Origin: Clostridia bacterium
GTDB lineage: Bacteria; Bacillota; Clostridia; TANB77; CAG-508
Assembly (NCBI GenBank): GCA_017515985.1
Contig: JAFWDV010000009.1
Location: 46,832-110,831, forward strand
Direction of reading: 5' to 3'
DNA length: 64,000 nucleotides
Shown: positions 29,315 through 39,510 of the stretch, piece by piece
How the letters are laid out: every line of letters begins with the position of its first letter
How positions within the stretch are numbered: position 1 is the first letter of the stretch
Position numbers and translations under genes: made by a program
The notes under the pieces: model-generated
The model's database searches: none
The model's input: only the letters and a program-made list of their open reading frames with translations
What the model was told of the DNA's origin: nothing

Positions 29315-29764
29315 TTAGTTTTTTCTAAACAGTTTCTTTATCTTATTTATTAATCTATCATACCATTTAAATTCTTTATATTCAACAAGAGCCACATTGT
29401 TAACTCCATCATCTAATGTTTTAACTCTATTTTTAAATAAATTTTCTGTACTATATTTTCTTCTTAACTCTTCTTGGTATTTAACTTCATTTTCGCTTAG
29501 TTTAGACAAAACTTTCTGCTTTTGCTCCTTGCTATCACATATATAATTAATATAAATCATACCAATAAGAGCTTTCGTTTCATCCTTTAAATTAAGCTCT
29601 TTTAATGGCTTATTATAATCAAAGTCACAAACATAATCCTTAGTAGCATTTTCCTTAAAATAGTTCATTAGTCTTGTAGGAATTCTTTTTATTTCACTTT
29701 CATCTATTCCGTTAAAATAATACAACATCTCTGCCATTGCATCGCAGTATTTTCCACTATTCAT
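29315..29764 (-). CDS. hypothetical protein
   Basis: 149-aa ORF, 20-nt gap to upstream gene. Confidence 0.4.
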   Translation of the reverse strand: MNSGKYCDAMAEMLYYFNGIDESEIKRIPTRLMNYFKENATKDYVCDFDYNKPLKELNLKDETKALIGMIYINYICDSKEQKQKVLSKLSENEVKYQEELRRKYSTENLFKNRVKTLDDGVNNVALVEYKEFKWYDRLINKIKKLFRKN

Positions 29765-29784
29765 ACTCTACCTCTTTTGTATAA

Positions 29785-31164
29785 TTATTCTATATCATGC
29801 TTATTTTCATTTAATGCCTTTTCTTCTCTATCTAAATCAGACTTAATAGCTCTTATAGTTTCGTCTATTGAACCTAATCTATATGACAAATCAGTACTTT
29901 CTTCAATTGCCTCTTGATAACTATCTGATAAACTCTTTTTTCTTAATTCTATGGAATCCATATATTTCATTAGCTCTTCATCGTTTATGCCTACACTTCC
30001 GTCTAAAACCATATCTCCTATTTTAACTTTACAACCCATCCTAAAATACTCATTTATTAATGCAATGACTGATTGTCTATCACTTACAGCCATTCCACCA
30101 ACTATTCCAGTATACGTGGATGTTGCTTTTCCACTATCGTCAATTAAATATGGTTGAATTTTAAATCTTTTACTTTCTTGTATACTATTAGTATATTCAA
30201 GTATATTTTTTTCACTTTCTTTACTACTATACCTGAAAGTTATAAAAAAACTAGGTGGCATGTCATCATAACGTTTCTTTGCAGACAAAATATACCCATC
30301 AGTATCGTCCAACTCTCTTACATCAAACATATTACCATATCCAAGCTCTACAGTACACCAATTTTTCTGTCTACTATCTTTTTTGCTGTGATTCGTCAAT
30401 ATTTCTTTAATAGTACCTTCCGGCACTTCCATATGCGTTTCTTTTTCATATCTCATTTTCTGTGTTAACATTCTATCTTCGTATGAATCATAATCTAATT
30501 CACGTGCAGCATAGTGTTTATTTGCCTCCTCAAGTGAAAAAGGAATTTCTATTAATCTATCCAATACTTTTTTTACATCCCAAAATATCCCATCACTATA
30601 TGGTTCATGTTCATGCATTTTATCTTCTAATTCTCTTTTAATTCTTCTAAAAAAAGCCTGTCTTTCTTCTTTACCCATACCCGAATAATGTTTTGGATTT
30701 AAATGATACTCTCTATTATAATTCTCTTCAGCAACATTAGTAGCTAAAATAAATTCAACTGGTATATACCCTAAGGCATCACATAATTTTGTCATTAAAC
30801 ACTCATAATCCTTTTGATCCTTTGGATAACCGCTCCACGTTTTTTCACTATAACCACAAAATATTTTTTCCCCGTACTCATTTTCTAACTCAATTGGAAA
30901 TGCACATATGTAAGCAACAGGTGCTCCGCCATACGTATACTCCAATGCATCATCCACATACTCATTTGCTCTTCCATTTGACGTTAGTGTTCCATTACAT
31001 CCACTATGATAGTTTCCTCCTGTACGTAAACTAAGTCCATTACTCATAATAGAATTGATAACATTTTTTCCACCGAATGAACCATGTTCACCTAAAAAAA
31101 ATTCTTTTCCTAAATATCTTTCGATAAATTCTTTTAATTCTTTTTTCTTCATATGTTTCCTCAC
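29785..31164 (-). CDS. hypothetical 459-aa cytoplasmic protein (no recognisable domain)
   Basis: long ORF, no signal peptide; likely start MKKKELKEF. Confidence 0.45.
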   Translation of the reverse strand: MRKHMKKKELKEFIERYLGKEFFLGEHGSFGGKNVINSIMSNGLSLRTGGNYHSGCNGTLTSNGRANEYVDDALEYTYGGAPVAYICAFPIELENEYGEKIFCGYSEKTWSGYPKDQKDYECLMTKLCDALGYIPVEFILATNVAEENYNREYHLNPKHYSGMGKEERQAFFRRIKRELEDKMHEHEPYSDGIFWDVKKVLDRLIEIPFSLEEANKHYAARELDYDSYEDRMLTQKMRYEKETHMEVPEGTIKEILTNHSKKDSRQKNWCTVELGYGNMFDVRELDDTDGYILSAKKRYDDMPPSFFITFRYSSKESEKNILEYTNSIQESKRFKIQPYLIDDSGKATSTYTGIVGGMAVSDRQSVIALINEYFRMGCKVKIGDMVLDGSVGINDEELMKYMDSIELRKKSLSDSYQEAIEESTDLSYRLGSIDETIRAIKSDLDREEKALNENKHDIE

Positions 31165-31308
31165 TTAAATATCTGTCATATTTAATATTTTACGTATTAA
31201 AATCTTATATTTACACTAATTTTAGCATATAAAAATTTTTATTACAACAAAAAATAACAGTCGTTAATATTTATGTTAGGATACATCTTATAAGCATTAG
31301 TTACAATA

Positions 31309-32517
31309 TTATTTATTTTTAATCTTTATTATCATGCAAATCAAAAGTATTATAGCAACTATTTCGGCAAATATTAAAATCTTTGATTCACCAGTTTTAG
31401 CTAATTCTTTATCTGCTACTGTATCATCTACTTTTTTATCATTTTCTTTTTCTGCACCATTTACAATAATTGGTATCTTAATTTCTTCAGTTTTATTTTC
31501 AGATACTTTTATCTTTGCAATTAACATTGTATTTCCTGATTTTAATCCTTGTATAGTAGATTTTCCTACAGTTTGAGTTATACCATGGATATTGTTTTCT
31601 ATACCTGTTTCTGGTATACATTTAGCAATTGTTTCATCTTCTATTTTCCACTCTACATCCCAATAATCCTTCACCAACTCGTATTGAGCTATTCCTAATA
31701 AACCGTCTTTCATTTCTGCAGTTATTTCTATTTTATCACTTGATCCTACATTTATTTCCATTTTATCTTTATTTGAAAAGAAATTATAAGTATCATCCGC
31801 AATATTTGTTGGTGGTTCAATATCAGACTCCTTACCATATATTATCGCTTCATTTTCTACTCCCATTTCTGCATAATCTTCTTGGATATATGGAGATTCT
31901 TGTATCCATCTAACCTTAATTTTATAATCTTTATTATTATCTATTTCATATGTGTAGGTTTTATTAAGAGCACCAGCAAACTGACCTCTACCAAGTCTTA
32001 TCCAATCGGATTCGCTATTGTCTTCTAATGAAATAACTTTAAGCTCTACGGATTGATAATCCGTATCTAAAAACCATGCCGCACACTTATTTTGAATAGA
32101 TATAACCATTTTATCAGCATTTTTATCCCAAGTAATTGTAATTGGATTAATTACCTTTACTCTACATTGTGCTTCATAGTTGGTTCCATCTATCCAGGCT
32201 CTTACGGTTGTTTCTCCTTCCAATTTCGAAATCATAGCAATGGCATAATCATCTTCAGGCTGATAATCTTCAAATATTGCTGCATAATTTTGTACCTGGA
32301 CAATATCATCATCATCAACCTCAAACTTTAGATCCGCCAAAGAATATCCTGTTGGAACAGTCATATTCAAGAAAGTATCTTCTTTAAATTCATCAAACAT
32401 AAATACATCTTTCTCAAAGGCTAAAACTTCATCCGCGCATGTAATATGTACGTTTGCACTAAACAATATCAAAAAAATACATAATGTAATTTCAAAAAAC
32501 TTCAAAATATTTTTCAT
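31309..32517 (-). CDS. cell-wall surface protein with LAKTG-type sorting signal
   Basis: 402 aa; signal peptide; Ig-like beta-rich domains; C-terminal LAKTG + hydrophobic + KIKNK. Confidence 0.5.
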   Translation of the reverse strand: MKNILKFFEITLCIFLILFSANVHITCADEVLAFEKDVFMFDEFKEDTFLNMTVPTGYSLADLKFEVDDDDIVQVQNYAAIFEDYQPEDDYAIAMISKLEGETTVRAWIDGTNYEAQCRVKVINPITITWDKNADKMVISIQNKCAAWFLDTDYQSVELKVISLEDNSESDWIRLGRGQFAGALNKTYTYEIDNNKDYKIKVRWIQESPYIQEDYAEMGVENEAIIYGKESDIEPPTNIADDTYNFFSNKDKMEINVGSSDKIEITAEMKDGLLGIAQYELVKDYWDVEWKIEDETIAKCIPETGIENNIHGITQTVGKSTIQGLKSGNTMLIAKIKVSENKTEEIKIPIIVNGAEKENDKKVDDTVADKELAKTGESKILIFAEIVAIILLICMIIKIKNK

Positions 32518-32655
32518 AAAAATCCCCTTTCGCTATATTATTACTCTTTAGATGCTTTTCAAATCTTATTTTGTTGGTATTTTTATGAAAATTTAAATTT
32601 TATTGTTCTTTCTTTTCTTTCGAAAAAGCAGCTAGCCTATTAGCTAACTGCGACG

Positions 32656-32729
<74 letters not shown>

Positions 32730-32835
32730 GACTATACATAGTATATTATAAAACCAGGATTATATCAACTAAAAAAATAGATATCCCCTGGTTTTATCTA
32801 TAAAGCAATCTTATTTAATTCATCCTCTTATTCTA

Positions 32836-33744
32836 TTATTTCCTAACACCATATGCCTCTACTTTAAGTTCATAATCACTTCCTATGAACCTGTTGTTGC
32901 TTTTAATTCTAAATTTGTCTCTAAAAGCCATATAGTTATCTTCTAATTCAACATTTTCGTAATATTTCTCTTTCACTCCTAGGAATTTTCCATTGTTTTT
33001 ATCATATATCGTACATATAATTTTAACAACTTTATACTCTTTTGTAACACCTTTTTCAAAGTGACCTATACTTACGTCTACATTTATTTCTCCAGATTTT
33101 TCACCTGAACTATACATAGGTACTATTTTTTCCCAACTTTCGTCCTTATATTTTTCTGCTATAGTAGCATTTTCTGCGTCTAAAATTTTTTCACTATCTG
33201 GAACTAGAAATACTCCACAACTAAAAACTATCAAACCAATCAATAATATTACCAAATATAGCATATTATGTGATGATTCCCCTAATACTTTTTGATTTAG
33301 TCTATTTTTGCAGACTAACATCAATGCTATATATCGGATAGTATTTGCCACACCGGTTATTACTATGTTAATAAGTACTGCACTAAAATCTATTTGTTTC
33401 AATTTAAATGCCACAGTATTTAAAAAAATTGTTAATCCAACATTGATTACAATTAGTACTAAAAAAAATATATATATCCTTTTTAGTACTGCCTTTATGT
33501 TGTTGGAGTCAATTTTAGCCTCCAAAAGGCTCATATCTATACTAGTTACACCAACCTTCCAAAGTACAACTGCTGATAGTATAAAATTAATTACACTTAT
33601 TATTTTTTCAGGCAAAAACATTGAAAAAACAGCAACAAGGACTTCTGAAACTATACCTATCAAAATTACACTTACAATGTAATTAATAATAAACTTTTTT
33701 GTGAACTTTCCAAGTATATTTTCATTGTTTTCATAATTATCCAT
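32836..33744 (-). CDS. membrane protein (N-terminal polytopic region + C-terminal soluble domain)
   Basis: 302-aa ORF flanked by tRNA-Gly and its decayed copy. Confidence 0.45.
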   Translation of the reverse strand: MDNYENNENILGKFTKKFIINYIVSVILIGIVSEVLVAVFSMFLPEKIISVINFILSAVVLWKVGVTSIDMSLLEAKIDSNNIKAVLKRIYIFFLVLIVINVGLTIFLNTVAFKLKQIDFSAVLINIVITGVANTIRYIALMLVCKNRLNQKVLGESSHNMLYLVILLIGLIVFSCGVFLVPDSEKILDAENATIAEKYKDESWEKIVPMYSSGEKSGEINVDVSIGHFEKGVTKEYKVVKIICTIYDKNNGKFLGVKEKYYENVELEDNYMAFRDKFRIKSNNRFIGSDYELKVEAYGVRK

Positions 33745-33788
33745 CTTAATCCTCCTTTGTTTTTTTATATAACTTTCTTTCGTAAATT

Positions 33789-33863
33789 TGGAGCACTTAG
33801 CACGAAGTCAAGCTCTCGCTATCAGGCCGGAAGCATGATATTCTGCCGCTAAATTACGCCCGC
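33789..33863 (-). pseudogene. decayed tRNA-Gly(UCC) copy (broken acceptor stem and T-arm)
   Basis: about 75% identical to 32656..32729 over full length; retains D-arm and anticodon arm with the same U.C mismatch, but 3' acceptor strand and T-loop (CUUGACU) no longer pair. Confidence 0.5.
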
Positions 33864-33961
33864 AACTTGTATCATTATATTATAAATCAATGTATTCGTC
33901 AACATACCGTTTCACAATTCTAACTAAAGTATACAGCTAAAAAAAAGGGTAGTTTTTGTAA

Positions 33962-34405
33962 CTACTCTTTATTGCTTATCTTATATAACTCTTTTAATTT
34001 TGCATCAAAATCAGGATGTACTTTTCTTAAGTTTAAAGGTCTTCCATCACTATTTGTAAAACAATGCATTGACTTTCCTATTAGCGCTACATTTCCATTT
34101 TTCTTATTTGTCATAACATAGCTAATCCCCAGTTTAACACCAGTGTATTCCGCTACTTCAACCTCAATTTCCACCTTGTCATCAAATGTTGTTGAATTTT
34201 TGTAACTACATTCAATTCCAATTACAGGAGAGCTTATTCCTTCCGCTTCTAATCTAGCATATCCGAAACCTATTTTATCTAAAAAATCAACTCTAGCCTC
34301 TTCCATCCATCTTATATAATTTGAATGATGAGTAATTCCCATTTTATCCGTCTCATAATATTGAACTTTGTGTATATACTTTTCCATATTTCTATCTATA
34401 ATCAA
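33962..34405 (-). CDS. acyl-CoA thioesterase (4HBT/YbgC hotdog fold)
   Basis: 147 aa; YETDKMGITHHSNYIRWMEEAR motif. Confidence 0.7.
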   Translation of the reverse strand: MIIDRNMEKYIHKVQYYETDKMGITHHSNYIRWMEEARVDFLDKIGFGYARLEAEGISSPVIGIECSYKNSTTFDDKVEIEVEVAEYTGVKLGISYVMTNKKNGNVALIGKSMHCFTNSDGRPLNLRKVHPDFDAKLKELYKISNKE

Positions 34406-34428
34406 TTTACAGCTAGCTACCTAATTAA

Positions 34429-35229
34429 TTATATCTCCTCTCCTAATACTATTTTCTTTGCTATATTAAAATTTGCATCTTCATCTGTCAAAACTACATC
34501 AAAATTTTGCTTAAACACATCTAAGTTTTGATCTACTCTTTCATCTAAGAAACCTACAGATACAGTATTATTCCATTCTGCTTTTGGAACCATATTTTTA
34601 TCTTCTATAAAATCACCTAGTAAAAATCTATTTGATTTTCCCTGGATCTTGCTTGCCAAATTTTCTGTTAAATGACCTTCCATAGTTTTATTTAAAGTGT
34701 GTATAAGTGTTCCGTTAAACTCTTTTATAGAGCCATCTTCATTAAATGGTATAAAATTGCTTATTATTTCTATATTATCAAAATAACAATTATTTTTTTT
34801 CAGAAAATCTACAATTACATTACCTATTCCAGCAGATAATATTACAACAGGAATATTATTTGAATGCATTTCTTCCAAAAATTCCTTTGCACCAGCTCTA
34901 AATATAAACATACCTGTCTTTACAGATTTTTCTATCATATCTTCCGTAAGGCTATATTCATAGTATAATCTGAAATTTTTATAAAACCACTCTTCTATCG
35001 CTCTATTTTTTTCATCAAAACTTATTGTATAATCATGCTCTATAGGTGAATACCTATCATACATTTCTTTACTTTTTTGTTTAAATTCATCACCCAAAAA
35101 CAATCCACCAATATCCCATGTACCGTTACTTTTTCTTGCAGTTATTGTCCTATCAAAATCAACTGCAACATAGAAATTGGACTTATCAAACTTAATTTTA
35201 TCTAATTTGCTTTTGTTAACGTATTGCAT
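34429..35229 (-). CDS. HAD-superfamily pyrimidine 5'-nucleotidase (cN-III/UMPH-1-like)
   Basis: 266 aa; DFDRTIT (DxDxT) motif I; ILSAGIGNVI. Confidence 0.6.
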   Translation of the reverse strand: MQYVNKSKLDKIKFDKSNFYVAVDFDRTITARKSNGTWDIGGLFLGDEFKQKSKEMYDRYSPIEHDYTISFDEKNRAIEEWFYKNFRLYYEYSLTEDMIEKSVKTGMFIFRAGAKEFLEEMHSNNIPVVILSAGIGNVIVDFLKKNNCYFDNIEIISNFIPFNEDGSIKEFNGTLIHTLNKTMEGHLTENLASKIQGKSNRFLLGDFIEDKNMVPKAEWNNTVSVGFLDERVDQNLDVFKQNFDVVLTDEDANFNIAKKIVLGEEI

Positions 35230-35350
35230 TTTATCCTCTTTTCTTTTAATTTATTTTATATAAATTATTTACTTTAGTATAATAAAATACCATTTTATAC
35301 AAAAATTATTTTAAGTATATAGAATTTTCATTTAGAAGGCTATAAAAAAA

Positions 35351-35377
35351 ACTTACGAAACATGATAGCTCGTAAGT
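35351..35377 (-). terminator. terminator of the tandem tRNA-Gly transcription unit
   Basis: acttacg-n13-cgtaagt hairpin with A8 upstream and T4 downstream. Confidence 0.5.
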
Positions 35378-35382
35378 TTTAA

Positions 35383-35456
<74 letters not shown>

Positions 35457-35480
35457 ATTTTGCTCTAATTAGAATAACCG

Positions 35481-35554
<74 letters not shown>

Positions 35555-35684
35555 ATTTGTTACTCTATTTAGAACAATTGTTATTTTAATATATAGTTAC
35601 TTAAAAGTCAACACTTTTTTTAACTTTTTTACATTTGATTTCTGAGCTATCTATCACTATAAGTATAAAAACATTTATAATCAG

Positions 35685-36263
35685 TTAAAACTCAGTTTTC
35701 TCTGTTTTTAATTCACTATTAATTATCTCGGTAATAACATTAATCGTTTTCTCTAGATTGTTATTCTTTATAACGTAGTCATACATATCTATTCTAGAGT
35801 TTTCATAGTCATATCTATTTAGTCTTAATGTTATTTCTTTGTAATCTGGATTATCTCCCATTCTAGCTAGAAGTCGTTTTTCTAAGACATCTTTTGGAAC
35901 TTTCAAAAATATAGTTACTACTCTCGTATCATTTCCTAAAAGTTTAACTAAATTCTCGGTTCCGTTTACATCAATATCTTTAACAATTACTTTCCCAGCT
36001 TTTATTTTTTCGTTCATAAGAACTCTTGAAGTACCGTAATAATTTTCATGATGTACATTATACTCATAAAATTCATTATTAGATATCATTTCTTCAAATT
36101 GCTCTTTAGAAACAAAATTATATATTTCACCAGGAACTTCACCTTCTCTTGGAGCCCTTGAAGTATATGAAGGCAAGCTTTCAACGTTATCTAGCCTCTC
36201 TATTAAGGCTCTTTTAATAGTATCTTTTCCAGATCCAGATACACCAGATAATATAACTAACAT
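35685..36263 (-). CDS. gmk: guanylate kinase-family protein (atypical P-loop GVSGSGKDT)
   Basis: 192 aa; YTSRAPREGEVPGEIYNFVSKEQFEEMI ... YYGTS fits guanylate kinase; residue after Walker Lys is Asp. Confidence 0.65.
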   Translation of the reverse strand: MLVILSGVSGSGKDTIKRALIERLDNVESLPSYTSRAPREGEVPGEIYNFVSKEQFEEMISNNEFYEYNVHHENYYGTSRVLMNEKIKAGKVIVKDIDVNGTENLVKLLGNDTRVVTIFLKVPKDVLEKRLLARMGDNPDYKEITLRLNRYDYENSRIDMYDYVIKNNNLEKTINVITEIINSELKTEKTEF

Positions 36264-36445
36264 ATTTTCACCTTTCCTTCTGCAATTTCTTCTGCAGCGA
36301 TAGTTACAGGAGCTTCCTCTCTTGTATTAACTAGAACTTCACTTCCTTGTGCAATTTTTCTAGCTCTTTTTGATGTAGCTATTACAAGCTCAAATCTGTT
36401 TTTAGATTTTTTTAATAATTCAGCAACACTTGGTTTTACTATCAT
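36257..36445 (-). CDS. rpoZ: DNA-directed RNA polymerase omega subunit
   Basis: 62 aa; PSVAELLKKSKNRFELVIATSKRARKI aligns to Firmicute RpoZ. Confidence 0.7.
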   Translation of the reverse strand: MIVKPSVAELLKKSKNRFELVIATSKRARKIAQGSEVLVNTREEAPVTIAAEEIAEGKVKIC

Positions 36446-36481
36446 AAAACATACCTCTTTCCTAATTTAATTCTTAAAATA

Positions 36482-37369
36482 CTATTCAATATTTTGAATT
36501 TGCTCTCTAATATCTTCTAGCTCTGTTTTTATTTCAATTACTAAGTTAGTAATTTCTAATTTAACAGATTTAGAAGCTATAGTATTTGCTTCCCTATTCA
36601 TTTCTTGAATAATAAAATCTAACTTCTTACCTATTGCATTTTCATCATTTAATAGTTTATCAAATTGCTCTATATGGCTTGATAATCTTGTTAGCTCTTC
36701 TTGTATAGAAGATTTATCAGCAAATATAACAATCTCTTGTGCTAATCTTGTTTCATCTACTACGTCAGTTTTAAGTATTTCTTTTATTCTGTCCCCTAAT
36801 TTTACTACATATTCTTCAATAAGTCCAGTAGTATTTTGGGAAATTTTGTTAACCATAGTTCTGATTTTATTAAGTCTATTGCTTAAATCCTCTTTGATTT
36901 TTCCACCTTCTGTAGCTCTCATTGATACAAAATTATCTGTTGCTTCATTTGTGCATTGCATAAGCTCTTTTAAAATAACATCATTTTCGCCTTCATCATT
37001 TTTTAATTGCAACACATCTGGCATTTTAGTTATTTCAGTAACATTTATTCTATCGTTTAAATTCTCTTCTTCAGCAAGGGCTTTAAGCTCTTTGATATAT
37101 ATTTTTGCTAAGTCTTTATTTATTACAACATCTTTTCCTTCATTTGTATAGTTGTTATACTCAACAAATACATCAACTTTTCCTCTAGCAACCTTGCTAG
37201 AAATAGCTTTTTTTATATCGTTTTCATAAAAACTTAAGCTTCGTGGTAATCTAACGCTGATATCACAATACCTATAATTTACACTTTTTATTTCAACGCT
37301 ATAACTTCTACCTTCAATTTCTAATTTACTTTTTCCATATCCAGTCATGCTTTTCATATAAGCACTCAC
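36482..37369 (-). CDS. yicC: YicC-family stress-induced endoribonuclease
   Basis: 295 aa; MTGYGKS N-terminus and coiled-coil C-terminal region characteristic of YicC/YloC. Confidence 0.8.
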   Translation of the reverse strand: MSAYMKSMTGYGKSKLEIEGRSYSVEIKSVNYRYCDISVRLPRSLSFYENDIKKAISSKVARGKVDVFVEYNNYTNEGKDVVINKDLAKIYIKELKALAEEENLNDRINVTEITKMPDVLQLKNDEGENDVILKELMQCTNEATDNFVSMRATEGGKIKEDLSNRLNKIRTMVNKISQNTTGLIEEYVVKLGDRIKEILKTDVVDETRLAQEIVIFADKSSIQEELTRLSSHIEQFDKLLNDENAIGKKLDFIIQEMNREANTIASKSVKLEITNLVIEIKTELEDIREQIQNIE

Positions 37370-37373
37370 TCCT

Positions 37374-38726
37374 TTAATCGTCTATATCGTCATCATCTTC
37401 CTCTAAATCAGAATCATCACTTTCTTTTTCCTTTGAAACATCATCCTTGGCTCTTATAAATTTGCTTCTATTCATAAAAAATACTGTAATAGATTTTACT
37501 ATGTAATACACACCTATAACAATTCCTGCTATAATTAATGATTTAACAAATTCGCCTGTATAAATTTGCAATATGTATGGTAAGAATAATGTGAAAACTC
37601 CCATCACAAGTATTTCAACACCATTTACACCTTTTGTCATCTTTTGCTCTCTATATGCCATTTCAATAAAAATTATAGACCATGCTAAAAATACAAAAGA
37701 GAAAATATTAATATTCTTAATCATAGTAGTCTTTTCAACGTTGTAAAAGAAATAATTACAAAGTACTAAGAATAAAATAAATACCACAGCATATATTAAA
37801 TTATAAAATGAATTTTTTATAATTGATTTTTTATCATCTTTTGATATGAATTTTTTATTTTTAATTTCTTCGTCTAATTTATCTATATCAAATTTTTCTT
37901 CAAGCTCTTCCTCAACAAAATTAATATCAACATCTTTTTCGTATTCGTCTTGAACCTTAGAATCCTTCTTAGCAACTGATTTCTTTTTTACGCTCTCTTT
38001 TTCTTTGCTTCCGTCATCTTTACTATCAACCTTTTTGTCAGTGCTTTGTTTGTTTTTAAACTTTATTTGTCCAGCTTTTTCACTAGAAACTCTTCCAACT
38101 TCTTTTGAAATTTTTTCTTTAACACTTCCAGATTTTCCAGATGATTTCTTTTCAACATCAGTAGCCTTTTTCTTTGAACCCGCATTAGAATTAGCTTTTG
38201 CTTTTTTTACAGAATCAGATACTTTTTCATCTTTCTTTTTTTCTGCAGATACAACCTTTGATGTCTGCTTTTTTTCTACATCATCAGCTTTTTTATTAGT
38301 GCTACTTTTGGCAGTTTTACTTGCAACATCCTTTTTAGGTGTCTTATTTGAAACGGCAGTTTCCTTCTTCTTTTCTTTATCTGATGCTTCTTTAACCTTT
38401 TCCTTCATTTCTTTAAAACTGCTCTCAAAAATATTATTTAATTCATCATCACTTTTTTTGCCCTTCTTAGCCAATTTATCAGACATACTTGTAACTTTTT
38501 TTGTGTTCTCTTTTTTCTCAGAAGAAGCTACTTTTTTAGTATCGCTCTCATTTTTTTGTACACTCTTTTTAGCACTTACTTTTTTTTCAATAGGAGCTGT
38601 TTTTTTAGTATCACTGTTGCTCTTTTGCACTGCTTTCTTTGCAGTCGTTGCATTTTTAGCAGTTTTGCTCTCAACTTTTTCAACTATTTTCTTTGTTTTC
38701 TTTTTTTCTACATTTTCTTTTTCCAA
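37374..38726 (-). CDS. membrane protein with long K/E/S-rich low-complexity N-terminal region and acidic tail
   Basis: 450 aa; four C-terminal TM helices. Confidence 0.45.
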   Translation of the reverse strand: MEKENVEKKKTKKIVEKVESKTAKNATTAKKAVQKSNSDTKKTAPIEKKVSAKKSVQKNESDTKKVASSEKKENTKKVTSMSDKLAKKGKKSDDELNNIFESSFKEMKEKVKEASDKEKKKETAVSNKTPKKDVASKTAKSSTNKKADDVEKKQTSKVVSAEKKKDEKVSDSVKKAKANSNAGSKKKATDVEKKSSGKSGSVKEKISKEVGRVSSEKAGQIKFKNKQSTDKKVDSKDDGSKEKESVKKKSVAKKDSKVQDEYEKDVDINFVEEELEEKFDIDKLDEEIKNKKFISKDDKKSIIKNSFYNLIYAVVFILFLVLCNYFFYNVEKTTMIKNINIFSFVFLAWSIIFIEMAYREQKMTKGVNGVEILVMGVFTLFLPYILQIYTGEFVKSLIIAGIVIGVYYIVKSITVFFMNRSKFIRAKDDVSKEKESDDSDLEEDDDDIDD

Positions 38727-39482
38727 TTATATACTACCTCCAAGTTCATACATAATAACACTTGACATTGCTAATGCAACAGTTTCTGTTCTTAAAATTC
38801 TTTTACCAAGTGTAACGATTTTTGCTCCAACTTCCTGTAATAAATTAATTTCTGAAGGCTCGAATCCACCCTCAGGACCAATTACTATGCCAATTTTTAA
38901 ATCTGCTTTTTTTAATGCCTTTATTTCTTCAATTGCATTTTTAAAAGAAACATCTTCTGCCTTCTCATATGGAACTATTATCATGTCAAAATCTTTTATT
39001 AATTCACATATTTCCTTTATCTTAACCACATTTTTTATTTTTGGAATAATATCTCTTCCAGATTGCTTTGCTGCTACCTCAGATATTTTTTGCCATCTTT
39101 CGATTTTTTTTATTTCATCTTTTCCGCTTATTTTTGAAACACATCTTTCCATAGCAACAGGAATTATTTCCTTAACCCCAAGTTCCGTTGATTTTTGAAT
39201 TATTAATTCCATCTTATCTGATTTTGGAATTCCCTGGAATATTGTAAGATTAATATCTGATTCCGCTTCTGATTTTATTTTTTTACATATGCTACACATT
39301 ATTTTGTCTTTCCCAATTTCAGAAATATTTGCAACATAATTATCACTAGTATCTATATCGCAAATTTGAAGTTCATCGTCAATCTTCATTCTTAGTACAT
39401 TTGCTATGTGATTTACATCTTCTCCAGAAATAACTATTCTATTATCATTTATTTGTTCATTTTTTATAAAAAATTTTGGCAT
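38727..39482 (-). CDS. rsmE: 16S rRNA (uracil1498-N3)-methyltransferase
   Basis: MPKFFIKNEQ...RIVISGEDVNHIANVLRMK and C-terminal SPOUT motifs; start moved to MPKFF to avoid overlap with tkt. Confidence 0.75.
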   Translation of the reverse strand: MPKFFIKNEQINDNRIVISGEDVNHIANVLRMKIDDELQICDIDTSDNYVANISEIGKDKIMCSICKKIKSEAESDINLTIFQGIPKSDKMELIIQKSTELGVKEIIPVAMERCVSKISGKDEIKKIERWQKISEVAAKQSGRDIIPKIKNVVKIKEICELIKDFDMIIVPYEKAEDVSFKNAIEEIKALKKADLKIGIVIGPEGGFEPSEINLLQEVGAKIVTLGKRILRTETVALAMSSVIMYELGGSI

Positions 39483-39510
39483 AAACACTCTTCCTTCGGG
39501 CAATATTTTA

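Noticed and set aside
36257-36445. 62-aa gene as RemA (expected between yicC and gmk)
   Set aside because: The sequence aligns to RpoZ (PSVAELLKKSKNRFELVIATSKRARKI) and not to the DUF370/RemA consensus.
38005-39198. 397-aa plus-strand ORF
   Set aside because: Antisense to the K-rich membrane protein gene and rsmE. It has a Phe/Ser/Leu-rich low-complexity translation typical of the reverse strand of Lys/Glu-rich coding sequence and no RBS.
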